In this document: positions 13,814 through 27,687 of the stretch, in pieces
Position numbering within the stretch: the first letter of the stretch is position 1
Layout: each line of letters opens with the position of its first letter
Assembly (NCBI GenBank): GCA_964016885.1
Contig: OZ024743.1
Location: 344,286,001-344,350,000, forward strand
Length of the DNA stretch: 64,000 bases
Direction of reading: 5' to 3'
Source of the DNA: Eledone cirrhosa
Lineage: Eukaryota
Program-made: the position numbers and the translations under genes
The notes under the pieces: generated by a model
Told to the model about the DNA's origin: nothing
Database searches by the model: none
What the model saw: only the letters and a program-made list of their open reading frames with translations

Positions 13814-14150
13814 AATTAATGATAATTCATTTAAAGAATAACAAGATATAACAAGAAGAAAAAAAAAGTATACAATATAAAGCAACAAACAAATTGAATA
13901 TTTTGCAGAAACGTTCCTCAGGTAAAAAATGACATTTAGCATAATGTATTAGATACGAAAGAGAAAAATCATTGAACAAAGCATTCTGGGTACGCTGATA
14001 ACGACTTCGAAAGGATCGTGGCTGAGGCAAGGAATTATCAATATTAATGACGAAAGGGGAAAAAGAAATGAAACTACATACATACACCCTTGCATACACA
14101 CAGAGACACAAAAGACACACATGCACGCAGACACACACACATATACAAAG

Positions 14151-14233
<83 letters not shown>

Positions 14234-14239
14234 TAAAGC

Positions 14240-14270
<31 letters not shown>

Positions 14271-14540
14271 GGAAGAAATGAAACGAAATTTCATTTCTCA
14301 CTCTTAGTACGGCTGTTACTTAAATATAAGTATGTACACGTACATACATATATGTATACAGACGTACAGTAGTATGCATATACATATATATATACATACA
14401 TGCACACATATATACATGTACGTATGGATTCACCGAACATTTATTATAATGCTCGGTGTGTTTGTAAACAAACATCCCGAATTAAGCCGTACAGTGTTTA
14501 GCAACCATCGTTGCTCATTTGTTCAAAACTGACAAAGGAA

Positions 14541-14581
14541 TGCTGTACTAGTTTCAAGCTTATTAGCTATCGTCAGCAACG
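14541..14581 (-). ncRNA. Type I minimal hammerhead ribozyme
   Basis: Minus strand: CGTTG-CTGACGA-TAGCTAATAAGCTT-GAAAC-TA-GTA-CAGCA. Confidence 0.85.
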
Positions 14582-14860
14582 TATACCTTCCTGCCAGATG
14601 GTTGAACGTCTGAAAGTATATAATTTCCTTGTGCATATTAACGGCTGAGCAGCGTAATTTGCATATCGAGTGAGTTAATCGGCCGGGGTACCGAAAACGA
14701 TAAAAGGAAAAAATGAAACGAAATTTCGTTTCTCACTCTTATCGTTTTCGGTATCCCGGCCGATTAACTCACTCGATATGCAAATTAGGCTGCTCAGCCG
14801 TTAATATGCACAAGGAAAGTATATACTTTCAGACGTTCAACCATCTGGCAGGAAGGTATA

Positions 14861-14901
14861 CATTGCTGACGATAGCTAATAAGCTTGAAACTAGTACAGC
14901 G
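14861..14901 (+). ncRNA. Type I minimal hammerhead ribozyme
   Basis: CATTG-CTGACGA-TAGCTAATAAGCTT-GAAAC-TA-GTA-CAGCG. Stem III is the palindrome ACTAGT. Confidence 0.85.
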
Positions 14902-15119
14902 TTCCTTTGTCAGTGTTGAACAAATGAGCAACGATGGTTGCTAGACACTGTACGGCTTAATTCGGGATGTTTGTTTACAAACACACCGAGCATTATAATA
15001 AATGTTCGGTGAATCCATACGTACATGTATATATGTGTGCATGTATGTATATATATATATATGTATATGCATACTACTGTACGTCTGTATACATATATGT
15101 ATGTACGTATACATACTTA

Positions 15120-15155
<36 letters not shown>

Positions 15156-15620
15156 AAAAGTAAAAGTGGAAAAGCACAGGAGTATATATCCAATTTTTTT
15201 TCTCTAATCTGACAGAATATTCTTATACTTGTTACATTAAATGAATTTAAGTTTTATCAAATATTACCGGTTTCGATTCGAATGTCAATCTTAAATATTA
15301 AAGAAAGTTTGTTCTCATATTCTGTAGGCAGTTTGAACACGTGGAATTTCTTTTAAAAGGTGGGTTGCGAGGGTGGAACAGGTCAGAATTCAAATGATTT
15401 AGTAGAAAATTCTATTGATTTAAACCGAAAGTTCCTTTTCTATTTAGAATATAGGTCCAGTTGGCATAGTATTTTTCTGTGGCATGCGCGCGCACGTAGG
15501 CATGTGTGTATGGGGGTGGGGTGATGGGGTGAGGGTGTCCTTTGTCTCAAGAGTTCAATTACATTTTTCAGGGTTTTATCTATAATCTTTGACTTGTATG
15601 GAACTTTACCCCTTTTTTCA

Positions 15621-15659
<39 letters not shown>

Positions 15660-15683
15660 ATATCTATCTATCTATCTATATAT

Positions 15684-16190
15684 CCGGAGAGAAAGGTGCT
15701 TGCCGTCAGTCCTTTTACTTCGTCGACCATATTACCTACGGCGAAAGAGGCAATATGGTGGACGAGATTAAAAGGACTGAGGGCAAGCACCTTCCTCCCC
15801 GGACAACAACTCATCCACTTCTTTAAGTACCACTTCAGAAGGAAGGTGAGAGTGGAGAGAGAGGTGCTACACCCCAGTAAATTCGCTGAAAGGTGGGTGA
15901 ATGTGGCGAAAATGGCCCGGGTGAATGGGCCTCAACCTGTAGGTTGAGGAAGACAAACAGAGGGAAGACGGGAACACCTACACAACGTGTTCCTGGTGTT
16001 GAGGGTTGTTCTATCCACAGGTTGTAAAACAACCCCGCAGTAACGTTACCCCGCCCCTAATGGAGATTTGAATTGTTTTATTTTTATATAGTTTATTGTT
16101 ATATATCATTGTTACAGATTTTATGTAAAACCCTCCGCCGTCACGTCTTGTAATGTCCCACTTTTGTACGCCCCTGTGGCAAATAAAGAA
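15684..16190 (+). mobile_element. 5'-truncated Tx1-group LINE copy A (ORF2 C-terminus plus 3'UTR)
   Basis: Translation AKEAIWWTRLKGLR...FFKYHFRRKVRVEREVL...MARVNGP matches the C-terminus of ORF2 at 45731. Ends GTCCCAC...GCCCCTGTGGCAAATAAAGAA. Preceded by (TCTA)n. Confidence 0.9.
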
Positions 16191-16686
16191 CTGTGCGTAA
16201 TAGCCATGGCGAAAGAGGTTGTATGGTGGAAGCGTCTGAAAGGACTGAGGTCAGACACCTTTCTCTCTGGCCAACAACTGGTCCGTTTCTTCCGATATCA
16301 TTTCCGAAGAAGGATCAGGATGGAGAGAGAGGTGCTGCACCCCAGCCGTTTTTATGAAAGATGGGTGAAAGTGACGAGAATGGCCCGTGTGAATGGGCCT
16401 TCACTCTACATCAGACTATAGGTGAGGAAGATGAAAGACCAAGGGAGCACCCCTTCTCTGTGCTCCTGAGGAGAAGGGTTGCACACTTTTTTTCGGGGGT
16501 GTGTGCGACCCCCCAAGGCGCCTCATCTCTATTGAGGACTTTGTTATAAGTTTTATTTTTTGTTATATTTTATTTTATTTTTATATATTGTTATTACCTC
16601 CTCCTTATTGAGGACGCCTTGTTTTGTAAACTCCCCCCATTGTACTTGTCCCACTTTTGATGCCCTGGTGGCAAATAAAAGAAACA
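16191..16686 (+). mobile_element. 5'-truncated Tx1-group LINE copy B
   Basis: LCVIAMAKEVVWWKRLKGLRSD...MARVNGPSLYIRL is nearly identical to the ORF2 end. The 3'UTR resembles 45500-45730. Followed by TATCTATCTG repeats. Confidence 0.92.
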
Positions 16687-17437
16687 TATCTATCTGTCTG
16701 TCTATATATCTATTGATAAGATGTAACTAATTAAGACAAGCGATTACCCACCTTTTTCCATCTCAAAAGGTTATATCCCATTTTTATTCTTAAATATTCT
16801 ATAGTGATATGTTTTGTAGTACTTTGCTCGATAGAAATACTTTGAAATTCAAATCTTTCTACGCCCTTCATAGAGTTTCCATAGTTTACATTCGAGCTGA
16901 TAATATAACAACGTTGAAATAGGCGAAAGTGATTGGCTAGTTGGTTTAGTGTAATCGATCCACACCTTTTCTGCATATAGGCAGATGTGAGGTTTGTCAT
17001 TCATTTTTTCCTGCCTCAACTATAACTATTCTGTAGCGATAATTTGTGCGTTGTGGTCCTTTCAATATATACTTTTGGTAAATTAGCTCTATCGCTTTTG
17101 TAGAGCTTTTAATACATCGAATGGTTCTGGTTGCTATTTCTTCTAGTAACCTTGTATTCTATCCGTTCCGCCCGACACATTATAACCATGTGCTCTCTCT
17201 TAACGCACATGTGTTATTTAGTCTTCGATTAATCTTAGTAGTGAGATGAATATAGCTCTTCACTGAATTTTACCCGTAAATTGTCCGGGTATATGATAGT
17301 TATCATGGTAGGTTCGTATATTTCAATTTATCCTTCTGGTTGGGCTCGGTAAACCATCCTATATTAGTCAGTACTTTTTTCACCCTGGTGGTTTCTGTCC
17401 CTTGTTTTTGAACACATATAGTTATATATCTGTGTTC

Positions 17438-17940
<503 letters not shown>

Positions 17941-17955
17941 TAAACAGAGAATAAA

Positions 17956-18193
17956 TATAATAGTAAAAGGACGAATTGTTATGTCTTCATTACGCTTACT
18001 GAGTAGTGACGCGCGTTTCGTTATTGATCAGCTCAAGGTTATCTCATTATCACAGCAGAGGTCCGCCGAGCTTTTGATTCCAGAGTCGGGCCAGTTCGAT
18101 ACAGATCTAACCTTGAGCTGATGAATAGCGAAACGCGCGTCACTATTCAATAAAAGTAATGAAGGCATAACAATTCGCCCTTTTACTATTATA
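17956..18193. repeat. Fold-back insertion with an HHR motif in each arm
   Basis: Arms 17956-18041 and 18108-18193. Ends in (TA)n. Confidence 0.85.
18113..18150 (+). ncRNA. Minimal hammerhead motif (weak stem I)
   Basis: CTGATGA-ATAGC-GAAAC-GCGC-GTC. The inverted partner at about 18008-18031 has a CTGATCA variant. Confidence 0.65.
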
Positions 18194-18207
18194 TATATAT
18201 ATATATA

Positions 18208-18320
<113 letters not shown>

Positions 18321-18614
18321 GTATGTAAGTATGTGTGTGTATGTGTGTGTATGTGTGTATATGTATATATTTATATATCCGTGCGTGTGTGTTTGTGCGA
18401 ATGTGCGCATTTGTCTGTAGGCATGAACCCAAATAATGGAAAAAAGAAATAGTCTGCAATTATGAATTATTCCAATGAATTATTGCAATAAATTATCGCT
18501 GCTAGCTGTTATCTAATTAAGTATTGCTCTATCGATTATTGGGATTAAAAGAGACGCTATAGACCACGTCGTGTAATCCATTATGAAAAGAGGATCAAAT
18601 CAAAGCGTAACACT

Positions 18615-19070
18615 GGTAAAGTTTCTATTGTGCTAAATTAATCATTCTTTGAGAAGTTGAAGTTGCTAGTGAATCTTGCTTGATAACATATTGAATTTCT
18701 TTCAGTTCACATAAATGTGTGTGAAAGCACGTGACCTAGTAGTTAAGGTGTTTGACACATAATCAAAAAGACGTTAGTTCAATTCCCAGGCAGAAGTTTG
18801 TAAAATTTCTATCGTGCAAAATTCCTCATCGTTCTTTGAGTAATTGCAGGTGCTAGATCACACATTGAATTTCTTTCAGTCTACATAAATGTGAGTGAAC
18901 GTGTGTAGCTTAGTGGTATGTTTGTTCGGCTCACGGTCATAACATCGTAAGTTCGATTCCCAAACCGGGTAATGCGTTGTGTCTCTAATCATGGAACTTC
19001 ATTTCACGTTGCTCTAGTACGTGAACAGAAAATGAGTACTAGCGGTAGCAGGGAGTTAACTCACGATGGG
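18615..19070 (+). mobile_element. About 180-bp tandem duplication ending in tRNA-like SINE heads
   Basis: 18615-18790 resembles 18800-18960. A/B-box-like TAGCTTAGTGG..GTTCGATTCC. Confidence 0.55.
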
Positions 19071-20699
19071 CTGAGGAAAATCTTATACTTTCAGTTTATC
19101 AAAGGATAAAGTGTTGGCCACGTCTAACCAGGGACAATATGGAAAAAAGAACAGAAAACAATAACTCCACAAAAATGTTAATATATTTGTTTTTTAGCCT
19201 CAGACCAGCCTTGACCGAACATATATAATCGAAGGCTTTCTAGTTGTGATCAACCCATCTTGTTTTTAGGAATAGTGTATATATGATTACATTTGTAGTT
19301 TTGTGGTATTTGTTGTGGCTCTCTATATTCTAAGCTCAAATCCTGCAGGGATCAATTTTGCTTTTTATCCTTTTGTAGTCGAAAAAGTAAAGTACTAGCC
19401 AAGAATAAAGGATTCGTGGAATTATTAGAGCGTTTGAAAAAATGCCTTGTGGAATTTGTTCCGGCTCTTTGCGCAGTGAAATCAAATCCCACTGCAGTTT
19501 ACTACAGTCGTTTGGTTTAACACCACTACCTAGCACTCTGCATTTGGCAGAGTCCGTTCTTTTCCAAGTATTTCTCTTGTTTGAGGATATCTTCCATCAT
19601 TCCAGCATTAAGGAAAGCTCTGAGAAGCACCATGGCACTGCTCTTCTTTTAAAACACACTATATATATATGTATGTATGTTTGTATGTATGTATGTATGT
19701 TTGTATGTATGTATGTATATATATGTATGTATGTTTGTATGTATGTATGTATGTCACCAGTTGGTGCTACTGGTAACATGTATCCCAGTCCAACCTGTCT
19801 CATGGTCGGGTCGTTGGCGACTAAACTGGCAACCCCACCAAGGTATCTTGGTGAGGAGGGTGACTTTGGACATCCTGCAGGACTAAAAACAAAACCTGTC
19901 ATAGGGTAAAGGAGCTCTTAAGAGTCAATGGCCATCCAAAATCACCGGGAGAGATGACCCCTTAGCCTTTGTCGGGGCAGAATTCTAGCAGGTGGAAAAC
20001 TCTGATATAGCACCTGCAACCCTGATGGTATCCAATGATGTTGACTTGTTCTTCTTTTTGGTAAATATCATCTTGGTTAAGAGAGTGGGACTGGCTTTGT
20101 GCAGTGCCTTTGCTCACTATAAAAGCTTCACGGCACAGGCATTGCTTTATATCTGGAGATCTCTCTGCACTTGTCGTCACATGGTACCATGGGCCCAGCA
20201 CTATGTGTCAATAATTGTCACAAGTGTAGTGTTTGTACCAGAGTTTTCAAATCGCTGGCTGGACTAAAAAGTCACACTTGTTTAGCGCATCGGTAGGTTC
20301 TCCTACATGGATATAAAGTAGTGGCTGTACTCGAAAACGAGTTGGCAGCCACCATGTATGTATGTATGTGTGTGTGTATGTATGTATGTATGTATGTATG
20401 TATGTATGTATGTATGTATGTATGTATGTATGTATGTATGTATGTGTGTGTATTATGTGTGCGTATATGTGTGTGTGTGCTAATGAATGCGTCGCAGGTG
20501 TCGGATAGCGATACGGTTACCAGATATGATGTTTAGTTGCGATGTAAGTGGGCTCTTGCCGGACGAATATGTAACCCCTGACCAAACAACGGTAAGCTAC
20601 TCGGTGAGATGGGCAACTGATGACATTGTTATCTCTCAGCAAAACTTTCACAACGAAGCAATGTAGTCCCCGCAAGTCTGCTGTACGATCAAATTGAAT

Positions 20700-21785
20700 A
20701 AACAATCATACCGCATTTTTCACGTCAGATAGAAATGGGCGCGTGTTGGTCTTGGGCAGAAGGGTCCGTTCGGTAAATTTGCTTGTGGTGGGGCTGCGAG
20801 ATATCCTGTGAGGGGCGGGATGGACGGAAAAATAGTTCATATCCGGGGACCCAAGAGAGGTCCAGACTGGAGAAAATGTTACCAATTGGTAACTGGAACG
20901 TTACCATCTTTACAAGTAAGGAACAAGAACTAGTGGAGGAGGTAAGATATTATCTGGTAGGTATATTTGAGGTTTCCTCAACAAAGTTCTGTGAATCTGG
21001 TATTGTAGATTTGGATGGAAGATGGAAACTCCACTATTTGCACGCGGCGACAGAAAAAAAAACTGCAATGGCGGAAGTGGGGATACTCACAAGTTCCTGG
21101 CTGTCGGAATGAGTTATGGAATAGCTCGCATTCAGAGGGAGGATGTGCTTCTTGACGCTTCGGCTCACAGAAAGGTCTTTGTGGATGGTGCAATTTTATG
21201 CACTACACAGAGAGTCCAAATGCAGTTCATTCTTTAGGAGGCTTGAGGACGAATTAAATGTAAGAATTGCTGAAGCTGGTGGAATAATGCACCAACAACT
21301 GCACTCAGTAATCAAAAGACGGAAGGCACGTGTAAAAGACAAACACGGTATCTTCAATTCGGAGTTCGTGCTTACCTTTGGTCATGAATCTTGTGAAATG
21401 ATCGAAAGAATACAATCGCAAATACAAAATGACGAAATTGGGTTCCTTCAAAGAGTCTTTGGAGCAATGTTACTCGATAGATCAGAGTCGCTCCATCTAG
21501 AGCCGTTACTTCTCTGCTTCGACTTATCCCAACACCGATACTACGGGCATGTCATTAGAATGTTTAAAAAAAGAATCGCTGAACAGATTTTGCGGGCAAA
21601 GCCAACTGGCAGGAGAACCAGAGGTAGACCACAAGCAATAAGGTTGGATAAAATGCATAATCACGCTTGCTCTCGCAGAGGGATCCAGCTAGATTGTTTG
21701 GAGACGGTTGCTTTTGATAGGACTCTTTGGAAAGTGTATCTGAGGACACTGTCCCAAGGATCCTCTCAGGAATAAGGGGACGGAG
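20700..21785 (+). mobile_element. Decayed, internally deleted RTE-like LINE
   Basis: APE start IGNWNVT..KEQELVEE is joined near 21240 to post-RT motifs ELNVRIAEA, LTFGHES, RYYGHVIRM, PTGRRTRGRP. The RT core is missing. Confidence 0.75.
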
Positions 21786-23416
21786 GAAAAATGTTTTGCC
21801 TGAAAATGAAGTAAAATGTACATGTCTCAATTACTTAGACGTTAAACCACAAGTGAGACGTCCAGTTGATTGAACGCCCGAAAGATCGATCCATTCATTC
21901 ATCTATCTAGTCTGTAAACCATCCACCCACTTTAGTTTACTTAGAAATATGAAACTTTGCAGTTAAATGACAACTTGAACACAAATAACTCTTTACCTCT
22001 GTTAAATATATTCAATAAATCAACGCCCATCGGTTTCGACGAAGTGTGTTCCAGTGGGTCGGTAAATGGAACGGCTTACACGTTAGATTACCGTGGAAGT
22101 GGCTAAGTATATCATAGACACGTGTAACTTTAAAGTATTTCTCAAGAAATTTCAGCGTGAGACAGTGAGCAAAAAGCCTAACCCTTTATATTACAAACAG
22201 ACTCAATCAGACGGGTTTCCAGATAATTACCCTCCATCCAAATTCACTACCAAACTTATAGTAAAACGCATTTTCTAAGCTACCACACATCATGACCGAA
22301 CCCGGGAGTTTATGAGGGTTAAGTGAACCTCTTAACCATTTGGCCATGCTGCACACTCATGTTAAATATATTAACCTTTAAACATTTAACACACATCTTT
22401 AACGCGTGAAAGAAAGAATATATATATAGTTATATATACCAAATTTACATACATATATGCACATATACACAGTTAAGGAACACAATTATAATATATTTTC
22501 TGAGTTAAGTTCAATGCATTACAACTTTTACACATATTTTACCTATTACCACTCCAGTTACCCCCACACCACCACCACAACCACCACAATCACCACTACC
22601 ACTGCCACCACCAATACCCCCGCCTCTACGACGAAGTCGACGACGACAACGACCACCACCCATTTCCACCACCACACCACCACCACCACTAATACAGCAG
22701 TACTACACCATGAAATACATATCTAACCCTTTGGGTATATTTTGTTGACAAATTTCTTATAAGATGTTATTTACTCTTCACTAAGGTTGATTCCATCTTT
22801 GCTATTTTTCTGATATTTTTCACTTTTGAAAATTTCGCTTTTATTTTCTGGGGTTACATTTTGTCATTTTTTAAATTACTTTTTGAAAAAAATTGTGTTA
22901 AAATTTTCCTAATATATTTAAAAATGTATTTTTGTGGTTTTATTTTTTTTTTAAGGAATCTTTTGAAAATCTTGCATCGTTTTCGTTGTATCCAACATCT
23001 GCATCTATACCGTTTTCCCAAAACTATCCTCACTGCCCCAAACATCATGAACATAGCCATCATGATGATCACAATCATCATCATCATCATCAGAAGCAGT
23101 AGCAGCCCATCAACACCATCACCAACTCTAGCATCAACCCCAGCATTACCGACAACAACAACACTACCATTATCAACTGTGACAATAACAAAATAATGAT
23201 CATTGTGATCACCATTCACTATCACCGTTATCATAACCATCATACGTACGTTCATCGTCATCATTATCATCATCATCATCATCATCATCATTACCACACT
23301 TATCCAGCATTTTTATCAAAGCTCATTCTTTTCAGTGTGTATCATCAATACCTCTTATCATCCTTGTGCATCTCAGGTAACATACGCACACACAAACACA
23401 TACATGTATGTATAAT

Positions 23417-23519
<103 letters not shown>

Positions 23520-23959
23520 TATAAATATATATATATATATAAATATATATATATATAAATATATATATATGTATATGTATATATATATATACATATATAT
23601 ATTTATATACATATATTCATAGAATAATGAGAAAAACTCAACGCAAGAATAGCTGTTAAAACAGCGAAATGCCGTCAATGAGAGCGTCAGCTAAAACTTA
23701 CCTCAAAGGACAGGATACTGCGGCTAGATGTGTATTGGCCTGCTGAAGTTATAGAAAGAAAGAAGGAAAGAAAAAAAATGAACGAGACAAGATCACACAA
23801 ACATCTTTTAACCTTCTTCAGCTCTCAGACCGGCTGTAGTTTCACACTTTTAAAATTGAGAGTACCACATAAAATTGTCGGTTCATGGAACAGGAAAATA
23901 AATTTCTGTTGGTTTAATGTTTGCAAGATGAAACAAACAAATTAGATAGACAGGCTGAC

Positions 23960-24001
<42 letters not shown>

Positions 24002-24818
24002 GAGAGAGTGAGTGAGAGAGAGTGAGTGAGCGAGAGAGAGAGAGGAGTAAAATGACAAGGAAGAGCAATGGGTAGGAGAAAGAGAGGAAAAGAAGCAGCA
24101 AGAAGGGAAGAGTGGGGTAAGAGAGAGGGAGACAACGGAAGAAGAGAAAAAAGGAAGAAGGAAAGGAATAGCCAACGAACTTCAGGCCATGGTATCCGTC
24201 TAATTGACGGCATTTTGCGGTTTTAACAGCTATTCTTGTGTTGAGTTTTTCTCATTATTCTATGAATTTTAATACACTCGCGCTCCATCTCGATCTTCCA
24301 GAAAACTTTGTTTCTATATTTATTACAGCTATATTAGCTTTCTATTTTATACGGATATCATGGCCTGAGATTCTTTGGCTATTTGCTTGTGTGTTGATTG
24401 CTACTTCTTGTCAGAAGAGAGTCATCCCTTCATTGAATATTGCACCGTCATGAGCACGCAAGTTACTTTTCAGACCCGCTTTTGCAGACACTTTCACAAA
24501 TTTGACACTTGAACTGTCGGTCACTTGAACTGGGTGGGTCTTCATGCTTCCTACAATGTCTGCTTAATCCACCAGCTGACTTGCAAATTGAGCCACACTC
24601 ACTGCAAATGGAGTGGAGTGAGTGGCGATTGAAACATTTCACAAGTGGATCGATTTCTCCCTGGCTCGTGTGATATCAGGGCAACACGAGGCCTGTGTTC
24701 TTACAATCCTACTATTTGGATGCGACAAACGACAGGCATCACGTCAGGCAGCTGTAAAGGTTTCATCAGTATTATATGCGATGCATCCTGAACATCAAGT
24801 GGTCCTTTTACACACCTG

Positions 24819-24849
<31 letters not shown>

Positions 24850-24883
24850 TGTATGTATGTATGTATGTATGTATGTATGTATG

Positions 24884-24914
<31 letters not shown>

Positions 24915-24954
24915 CTATGTATGTATGTATGTATGTATGTATGTATGTATGTTC

Positions 24955-26995
24955 TTCTGGTTTTATAATTTCACAAATTTTTACCAATAGAGAGAGTCAG
25001 TTTCTAACATAGACACAAGACTCTCATTGGAATTTACACAACATCAACTAGGTAGATTATGTCTGCATGTCTGCATGTGTAGATATGGATATTATTTTAT
25101 GTGTGGATGTGTATGCTTTGAGTTGTATGTGTGCATGTGTATATGCTTTGTATCTGTACATGTGTATATGCAGTTATTAGATGCAACATTTTTGGAATGT
25201 TTTACATATTTTTACTGTTCCATTAATGGATTGTACTTGTAACTTCCTAACTAGTTGTGTTCTTTCTCTTCCTGTAAAGCCTAGCTTCTCAAGATTTGTA
25301 TTGAGGCAGTTACTAACATACCCCAGTTCCCCCAATAATCACAGGCATAAATCTGAAGGTGTAATCAGGGTGGAGTATCTGCAGATTTCTCATCAGTTCT
25401 GCATAAATATTCTCCTTTTCGCTAATCTTTGATATTATATTGGCATCTGCTGGGCAGCTAATTTCCACTACTGTGCATGCTTTCTTCTCCCTGTCCCATA
25501 TCATAATATCTGGTCTGTTATGCCTGCATTTTATTGGGGTTTTTACTGGAACATTCCACCAGTACCTCTTTCATATTATCTACATGGATGTCTTCCACAT
25601 TGCTGTAGTTTTTAATGTGTTTGTTATCGGGGCTATCTTTTTTACGAACTGCATTGTACAGTGTTTTGGCCACTACATCATGCCTCATAGGTAGATAGTA
25701 CCCCGATGACATCTTTGGGCAGCTGCTGATGACATGGGTGATATCCTCGATGTTAGTTCTGCAGAATCTGCACTTGTTATCACATCTAGGTGTTTTGCCT
25801 GCATCCCTATCTCTTTTGTGAATCAGGTATTTCGTCTTAATCTCCTGTTCTTGGATTGCAAAAGCGTATCCTTCAATGTGGGAGCCAATATAGCGGTTGT
25901 TGGTCCTAGTTAGACTACTTTGTTTATCTATATTACTCTCACTCTGGAGCTTCCTGGTAACATATCCATGCATGATTCTTTGCTGATAATCATGCAGTTT
26001 TTTCATCCAGGGATTCACTGCGATAGTGCTGAGCGACTTCCCTGGGTGTGAGTTTTTGATTATCACACAGGGAATATGTCTTGGGGAGTTCCTTCCCAAC
26101 TCTCATGATCTTATCTGTTTTATGCAGATAGACTTGCTCGAGAAACGGGCTCCTACGCTCCGAGGTTCGTAGATGTTGTCGGAGAGATATGATGCGACAT
26201 TCAAATGCTGTCTGTACTGATGTTAGGCCTCTGCCTCCCTGCTTACGTTTCAAGTAAAGGCGGTCTATGTCACTGTTAATGTGGAAGTTTCTGGCGTTGT
26301 TTAGTATTTTTCGAGTTCCAACAACAACTGCTCGGATTTCGTCTATCGTGCAATTTAGTATTCCAAACGTCGCTGTTAGGACAGGCACAGCAAACACATT
26401 GTGAGCCACTGTTTTGTTTTGCGCAGAGAGTTCCGATGACCAGATCTTTCTTAATCGGGTGTAGTATTCCCTGGTTACGCGTTCCTTATTACAAATACTA
26501 TTATAGGATATGTTCTCATCTATCCCCAGGTATCTGTAGCAGTCCTCATCAGATATCGGTGAAACAGTTAGACCATTGATGACAATGTTGCTAGATTGGG
26601 TTGTTGTTTTTCCCCGCTTTACAGTCATGTATGAGCATTTATCTTGGCCAAACTTCATTCCTATATCCTTTGAGAATGTTGTAACCAGGTCAAGATTTTT
26701 CTTCATCCCATCCATGTTCTTGCCATAGAGTTTCAGATCGTCCACAAAGAAATTATGGGTTAGGTTCGTATTTCTGTCCTCCCGTGAGCCAATGATGTAT
26801 CCCTCACATTTCTTGAGCAGAAAGGACAAGGGGTTTAATGACAAGATGAATAATATCACAGAGAGACTGTCCCCCTGAAATATACCCCTGCAATATTTTA
26901 TTTTATCAGTGAAAATAGAGTCCCCCCTCTCTGTCTTTAACCTTAGGATAGTAGACCAAGAAGAAGACAGCGTCTCTATGGTTCTGACAATGTGT
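24955..26995 (-). mobile_element. 5'-truncated R4/Dong-like non-LTR retrotransposon (RT, CCHC, restriction-like endonuclease)
   Basis: IFQGDSLS, FFVDDLKLY, Y.YLG, GGRGL, CRFC..EDITHVISSC, RHD, PD.MIWD..VVEISCP, VIIG. Frameshifted. The 3' end abuts (GTAT)n. Confidence 0.88.
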
Positions 26996-27254
26996 ATGTT
27001 ATCTCTTTCTCTTAATTTCGAGTATATTTATTTGACCCGCCACCCTCCTGGTGGCAAGGTTGAAAAAGAAAAGAAATTGTAATGTATGTGTGGATGTGGA
27101 TGTTTCGAGTTGTATGTGTGCATGTGTATATGCTTTGTATCTGTACATGTGTATGTATGTGTATGTATAGTCACAATTTTAAAACAATAGTGTAAGGTCT
27201 TCAAAATGTTTTTAATTAAGCATACAGTATATTGCCAAATATACTATATATACA

Positions 27255-27317
<63 letters not shown>

Positions 27318-27616
27318 ATAATAATAAATTTGAAGACTAAAATCCAAAGAGGGCTCGATAAGGATAAATATATATAAAATATATAAGAACCGTAGAGCAA
27401 ATATTTATTAAAATAACAGATTAAAGATTAATCTGTTATTTTAATTAATACATATATATACATATATATATATGTGTATATGCATACATACATGTATGTA
27501 CATATATTCATAAATAAACACACACACATATCTATATATATGTGTGTTTCTGTGTTAACACACACACACACACACACACACATGCGTTTATGTATATATG
27601 TACATACATGTATGTA

Positions 27617-27683
<67 letters not shown>

Positions 27684-27687
<4 letters not shown>

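Larger units (their letters stand above)
14266..15125. mobile_element. Non-coding HHR element, family A: about 1.1 monomers of 435 nt plus inverted arm, in (TA)n
   Basis: About 40-nt direct repeat at 14266-14306 and 14701-14740. 14740-15125 is an inverted copy of about 14320-14702. One HHR per arm, no ORF. Confidence 0.85.

Noticed and set aside
16731-17350. Possible decayed coding fragment on the minus strand
   Set aside because: No motif could be assigned with confidence.
23702-23742. Possible minus-strand micro-exon (pyrimidine tract, CAG, 41 nt, GAG|GTAAGT)
   Set aside because: It lies inside a fold-back spacer, has no recognisable protein similarity and no supported partner exons. RNA-seq would be needed.
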